Shown here: one piece after another, positions 59,256 through 64,000 of the stretch
Layout: each line of letters begins with the position of its first letter
Numbering within the stretch: position 1 is the stretch's first letter
NCBI GenBank assembly: GCA_038087875.1
Contig: JAXLNO010000050.1
Location: forward strand, 1-64,000
Direction of reading: 5' to 3'
DNA from: Malacoraja senta
Taxonomy: Eukaryota
DNA length: 64,000 bases
The notes under the pieces: generated by a model
What the model was told of the DNA's origin: nothing
Databases searched by the model: none
The model's input: only the letters and a program-made list of their open reading frames with translations
Translations under genes and position numbers: made by a program

Positions 59256-61994
59256 CCCTACAATTCATGGTTCAAAGATGCAAAAAGTTGGGTTTACAAG
59301 TGAAGCTTTGACTAAGTCAAACCCTATATTAAAAGAATTTTAAATTAAAAGGAGTCTGCAGATGCTGTAAACGAGTTCATGTGGAAGAATAAGCAACGGT
59401 TGAACAAGCCAATTTATTTCATTTGAAGTGAAAATGCAATTTGTCCAATTTAAACTAGTTTGCCTGACCCATGGATATTTGCCCAGCCTCAAAGATTCAC
59501 GTTTTCTCGCCCCATCAACAAAAAAAGCATGATTAGTACAAAACTGAATAGATTCTTCTACAGAGGCTTCGTTCATGACTCGGCTGAATCCAACATTCCT
59601 AAAGCACTACCATAATTAACTCGTTTAAGAAAGAACTGCAGATGCTGGAAAAATCGAAGGTTGACATAAATGCTGGAGAAACTCAGCGGATGAGGCAGTA
59701 CGCATCACCCGCTGAGTTTCTCCAGCATTTTTGTCTACCATAATTAATTCACTCCATTCACCCAGGAGGTGGGTATATGGAACAAGCTGCCAGAGGAGGT
59801 AGTGGAGGCTGGTACAATGGCATTTAGAAGACATTTGGACGGGACTATTTGGACTAATAGTATGTTTCTCTAATATACACTGAACTTTTGTTGCTGTTTA
59901 GTAAGAGTTTTACAGTGCAATATGTTTACACTACTGTTGTACTGCTACGTAACCCGCTCCATGACACACTGAGGAGCACCTTCAGCAACAGACTGGTTCC
60001 CCCAAGATGTAGCACAGAACGCCTCAGGAGATCCTGCTTCCCCGTGGCTATCAAACTGTACAACCCCATCCCCTTCCGTACCCCAGCACTACTCCACACA
60101 CTAGAGACAATTACAATGTTACCAAAGCCAATTAACCTACAATCCTGTACGTCTTTGGAGTGTGGGAGAAACCGAAGATATCGGAGAAAACCCACGCAGG
60201 TCACGGGGAAAACGTTTAAACTCCGTATAGACAGCATCCGTAATTGGGATAGAACCTGGGTCTCCAGCATGCATTCGCTGTAAGGCAGCAACACTCCTGC
60301 TGCGCCACCATGAACGCCTTTATCTTGTGTTTTATGAATGTTACCAGATCAATTTCCCTCCTTGGATAAAGTTCTATCGTATCGTAAGTCAGTATTTAAT
60401 TGTTCATTTTGCGAGATATGACAATAAAACACTCTTGACTCTTGACAGGTACATGGATAGGATAGGTATGGAGAGATATGGAGCAAATGCAGGCAGGAGG
60501 AACTAGTGTAGATGGAGCATCTTGGTCAATGTGGGCAAGACAAAATGTGCAGGAACAGCAGATGCTGGTTTACATTGAAGATAGACACAAAATACTGGAG
60601 AAACTCAGCGGGACAGGCAGATTACAACTCAGCGATATGAATATTAATTTCTCCAACTTCAAGTAACCCTTGCGTTCCCTCTCTCTCCATCCCTCCCCCA
60701 CCCTAGTTCTCCCACTAGCTTCACTGTCCTGTCCTATCCATGTTCTCCAGAGATGCTGCCTGACCCGCTGAGTTACTCCAGCACTCTGTGAAACGTCACC
60801 TATCCATGTTCTCCAGAGATGCTCCCTAACATTTGTCGTTTCACATTGGGACCCTTCCGGTTTGAGTGGGCCAGTGGAGTAGAGAAGCCAAGACAGCTGT
60901 TGCACCAACAGTGGATATAAAAACGTCCAGAGAGGGTAGAAGGCTGGGTAGGGGCTGGGAGGAGGGGATAGGTGGGGGAATGTTGGAGATTGGTGACAGG
61001 ATTGTCACTGGATGGATAGGATTCTCTCCCATAAAGAAAAGCTCAGAGGTGGCAGAAGAGCCCTATGTCCCTATGTTCCCAATGTAGGGGGAGTCCAGAA
61101 CCAGGGGTCACAGTTTAAGAATAAGACCCGCTGACCAGTCACCGGCCATTATGAGGTCACCTCTGATTATGATGGTTTACAAACTTGCGATCTTACGAAT
61201 GGAAGGCCGGCCCTGAAGGGAATAAACCACTTCCCCATATGACCACAGGTCACAGTGGTTATAACCAACTGGACTCAACTGGTAGATACAAGGAACTCAG
61301 TTCAGTTGAGTTTATTGTCACGTGTACAGAGACATGCTTTTTCTCACGTGTTAAAAACAGTCAGCAGAAAGACAATGCATGATTACAATTGAGCCATTTA
61401 CAGTGTATAGATACATGGTAAGGGAATAACGTTTAGTGCACGATAAAGCCAGCAAAGTCCGATCAAGGATAGTCCGAGGGTCACCAATGAGGTAGATAGT
61501 AGTTCAGCACTGCTATCTGGTTGTGGTAGGATGCGTCAGTTGCCTGATAACAGCTGGAAAGAAACTGTCCCTGAATATGGGGATGCGCGTTTTCACACTT
61601 CTGTGCCTTTCCTAATTTGAGGAAGGACATTCTTGCTATTGAGCGAGTGCAGCGTAGGATAACCAGGTTAATTCCCGGGATGGCCGGACCGACATATGAT
61701 GAAAGAATGGGTCGACTGGGGTTCTATTTGCTGGAATTGAGAAGGATAAGAGGGGATTTTATAGAAACATATAAAATTCTTAAAAGAGTGAAGGCTAGAT
61801 GCAGGATCAATGTTCCCGATGTTGGGGGAGTCCAGAACCAGGGGTCACCGTTTCAGAATAACGGGTTAGACCATTTAGGACTCAGAAGAGCGAAAACGTT
61901 TTCACGCAGAAAATCTGTGGAATTCTCTGACACAGGCAGTGGAGGCCAATTCACTGGATGTTTTCAAGAGAGAGTTGGATGTGGCTCCTAAGAG

Positions 61995-63455
61995 ATGGGG
62001 TTCCTAAGGGACCGTGTTAGGAACCTGGAGCAGCAGCTCGATGACCTCTGTCTGATCAGGGAGAGTGAGGTCATAGAAAAGAGTTATAGGGAGGTGGCCA
62101 CTCCAAGACCACGCGAGGCAGACAAGTGGGTCACGGTTAGGAAGGGCAAGCGGCAGAGGCAGGGACTAGTGAGTACCCCGGTGGCTGTACACCTTGAAAA
62201 TAAGTACTCCCGTTTGAGTACTGTTGACGGGGACAGCCTTCCTGCGGGTAGCAACAGCGGCCGGGCCTCCGGCACAGAGACCAGCCCTATTGCTCAGAAC
62301 GGTAGGGAAAAGAAGAGGAGGGCAATTGTAATAGGGGACTCTATGGTTAGGGGGTCGGATAGGCGATTCTGTGGACGCAGTCAGGAGACCCGAATGGTAG
62401 TTTGCCTCCCTGGTGCCAGGGTCAGGGATGTGTCTGAACGCGTCCAAGATATTCTGAAATCGGAGGGAGAGGAGCCTGAGGTTGTAGTACATATAGGTAC
62501 CAATGACATAGGTAGAAAAAGAGAAGAGGTCTTGAAAGGAGAATTTAGGGAGTTGGGAGGTGAGTTAAGGAGAAGGTCTACAAAGGTAACAATCTCAGGA
62601 TTACTACCTGTGCCACGTGACGGTGAGAGTAGGAATGGAGTGAGGTGGAGGATAAATGCGTGGCTGAGGAACTGGTGCAGCGGGCAGGGATTCAAATTTC
62701 TGGATCATTGGTTTTGGGGAAGGAGTGACCTGTACAGAAAGGACGGGTTGCATCTCGGCAGGACAAATCAAAATAGGACGTACACGGTAAATGGTAGCGA
62801 ATTGAGGAATGCAGTTGAACAGAGGGATCTAGGAATAACTGTGCATAGTTCCCTGAAGGTGGAATCTCATGTAGATAGGGTGGTAAAGAAAGCTTTTGGT
62901 GTGCTGGCCTTTATAAATCAGAGCATTGAATATAGAAGTTGGGAAGTAATGTTAAAATTGTACAAGGCATTGGTGAGGCCAATTCTGGAGTATGGAGTAC
63001 AATTTTGGTCGCCTAATTATAGGAAGGATGTCAACAAAATAGAGAGAGTACAGAGGAGATTTACTGGAATGTTGCCTGGGTTTCAGCAACTAAGTTACAG
63101 AGAAAGGTTGAACAAGTTAGGTCTTTATTCTTTGGAGCGCAGAAGGTTAAGAGGGGACTTGATAGAGGTCTTTAAACTTATGAGCGGGTTAGACAGAGTG
63201 GACGTGGATAAGCTTTTCCCATTGAGAGTAGGGAAGGTTCAAACAAGGGGACATGACTTGAGAATTAAGGGACAGAAGTTTAGGGGGAACATTAGGGGGA
63301 ACTTCTTTACTCAGAGAGTGGTAGCTGTGTGGAATGAGCTTCCAGTGGAAGTGGTGGAGGCAGGTTCGATGTTATCCTTTAAAAATAGATTGGATGGGTA
63401 TATGGACGGGAAAGGAATGGAGGGTTATGGTCTGAGTGCAGGTAGATGGGACTAG
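61995..63455 (+). CDS. CR1-derived chimeric ORF: ORF1 coiled coil and SGNH esterase fused to the ORF2 C-terminus (486 aa)
   Basis: Esterase blocks IVIGDS, LPGA, HIGTND and DGLH run without a stop into GRTNQNRTYTVNG..RDLG..EYGVQFWSP..FFTQRVVAVWNELP; (GGTTATAT)n tail at ~63550-63580. Confidence 0.75.
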   Translation: MGFLRDRVRNLEQQLDDLCLIRESEVIEKSYREVATPRPREADKWVTVRKGKRQRQGLVSTPVAVHLENKYSRLSTVDGDSLPAGSNSGRASGTETSPIAQNGREKKRRAIVIGDSMVRGSDRRFCGRSQETRMVVCLPGARVRDVSERVQDILKSEGEEPEVVVHIGTNDIGRKREEVLKGEFRELGGELRRRSTKVTISGLLPVPRDGESRNGVRWRINAWLRNWCSGQGFKFLDHWFWGRSDLYRKDGLHLGRTNQNRTYTVNGSELRNAVEQRDLGITVHSSLKVESHVDRVVKKAFGVLAFINQSIEYRSWEVMLKLYKALVRPILEYGVQFWSPNYRKDVNKIERVQRRFTGMLPGFQQLSYRERLNKLGLYSLERRRLRGDLIEVFKLMSGLDRVDVDKLFPLRVGKVQTRGHDLRIKGQKFRGNIRGNFFTQRVVAVWNELPVEVVEAGSMLSFKNRLDGYMDGKGMEGYGLSAGRWD

Positions 63456-64000
63456 GGGGGAAGTATTTATTTTTAATAAAAAAAAAAAAAAAATTAAAAA
63501 CATGTTCGGCACGGACTTGAAGGGCCGAGATGGCCTGTTTCCGTGCTGTTATGGTTATATGGTTATATGGTTATATGGCTCTTAGGGCTAACAGAATCAA
63601 GGGATATGGGGAGATAGCAGGAATGGGGTATTGATTTTGGATGATCAGCCAAGATCATATTGAAAGGCGATGCTGGCTCGAAGGGCCGAATGGCCTACTC
63701 CTGCACCTATTTTCTATGTTTCTACATCATGGTGAGTCCAGCACTCGTTGATGTCTGGTCCTGAAGAAGAGTCTCGCTGAGTTACTCCAGCACTCTGTTC
63801 CTTCATGTTCTGGCTGGGGTGTCTTGCTTACATGAAAGAGCTACATTGCCAATGCACACAAGCTCCAACTTTGCTGTCGACATGAAACTGTTGATAGTTC
63901 AAGAAATGAAATACGTTGATGGAACCCGAGTGATGGACAAGATAATGCTTCACAGGAGAAAGTTAAATCTGCATTGAATTAAACCCCACTTGTAGAAACT

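Noticed and set aside
60910..60930. TATAAAA box
   Set aside because: Isolated motif with no supportable downstream plus-strand exon.

Overview
This is vertebrate nuclear DNA, not prokaryotic. It is most likely from a cartilaginous fish (skate/ray or shark), inferred from HE1/V-SINE-like SINEs and abundant CR1/HER1-like LINEs. Most of the window is transposable-element debris, often nested: many CR1 fragments, Rex1/Babar, RTE, L1 and Penelope fragments, a BEL/Pao element carrying a Gypsy element (5-bp TSD, LTRs, PBS) that in turn carries a Tc1, a second Gypsy, a hAT end, several MITEs, and a structurally complete but decayed DIRS1-type element inserted in a CR1 endonuclease. Between the repeats is one host gene on the minus strand. 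Three well-supported exons (36076-35831, 30520-30409, 27249-27110) splice in phase into a RalGDS/RGL-type Ras-association (RA) domain. A 989-nt repeat-coding candidate exon (47770-46782; IA[T/A]D[N/H] pentads and TADMAAH heptads) and a 31-nt candidate start exon (53442-53412) join them in phase, giving a 505-aa repeat+RA model with no visible RasGEF domain. Other highlights: a high-copy Penelope-derived repeat carrying a minimal hammerhead ribozyme motif, an in-frame CR1 esterase/ORF2-tail fusion, and a ~19-kb TE nest that may split the gene's 3' UTR. All family assignments come from motif recognition by eye; no database search was run.
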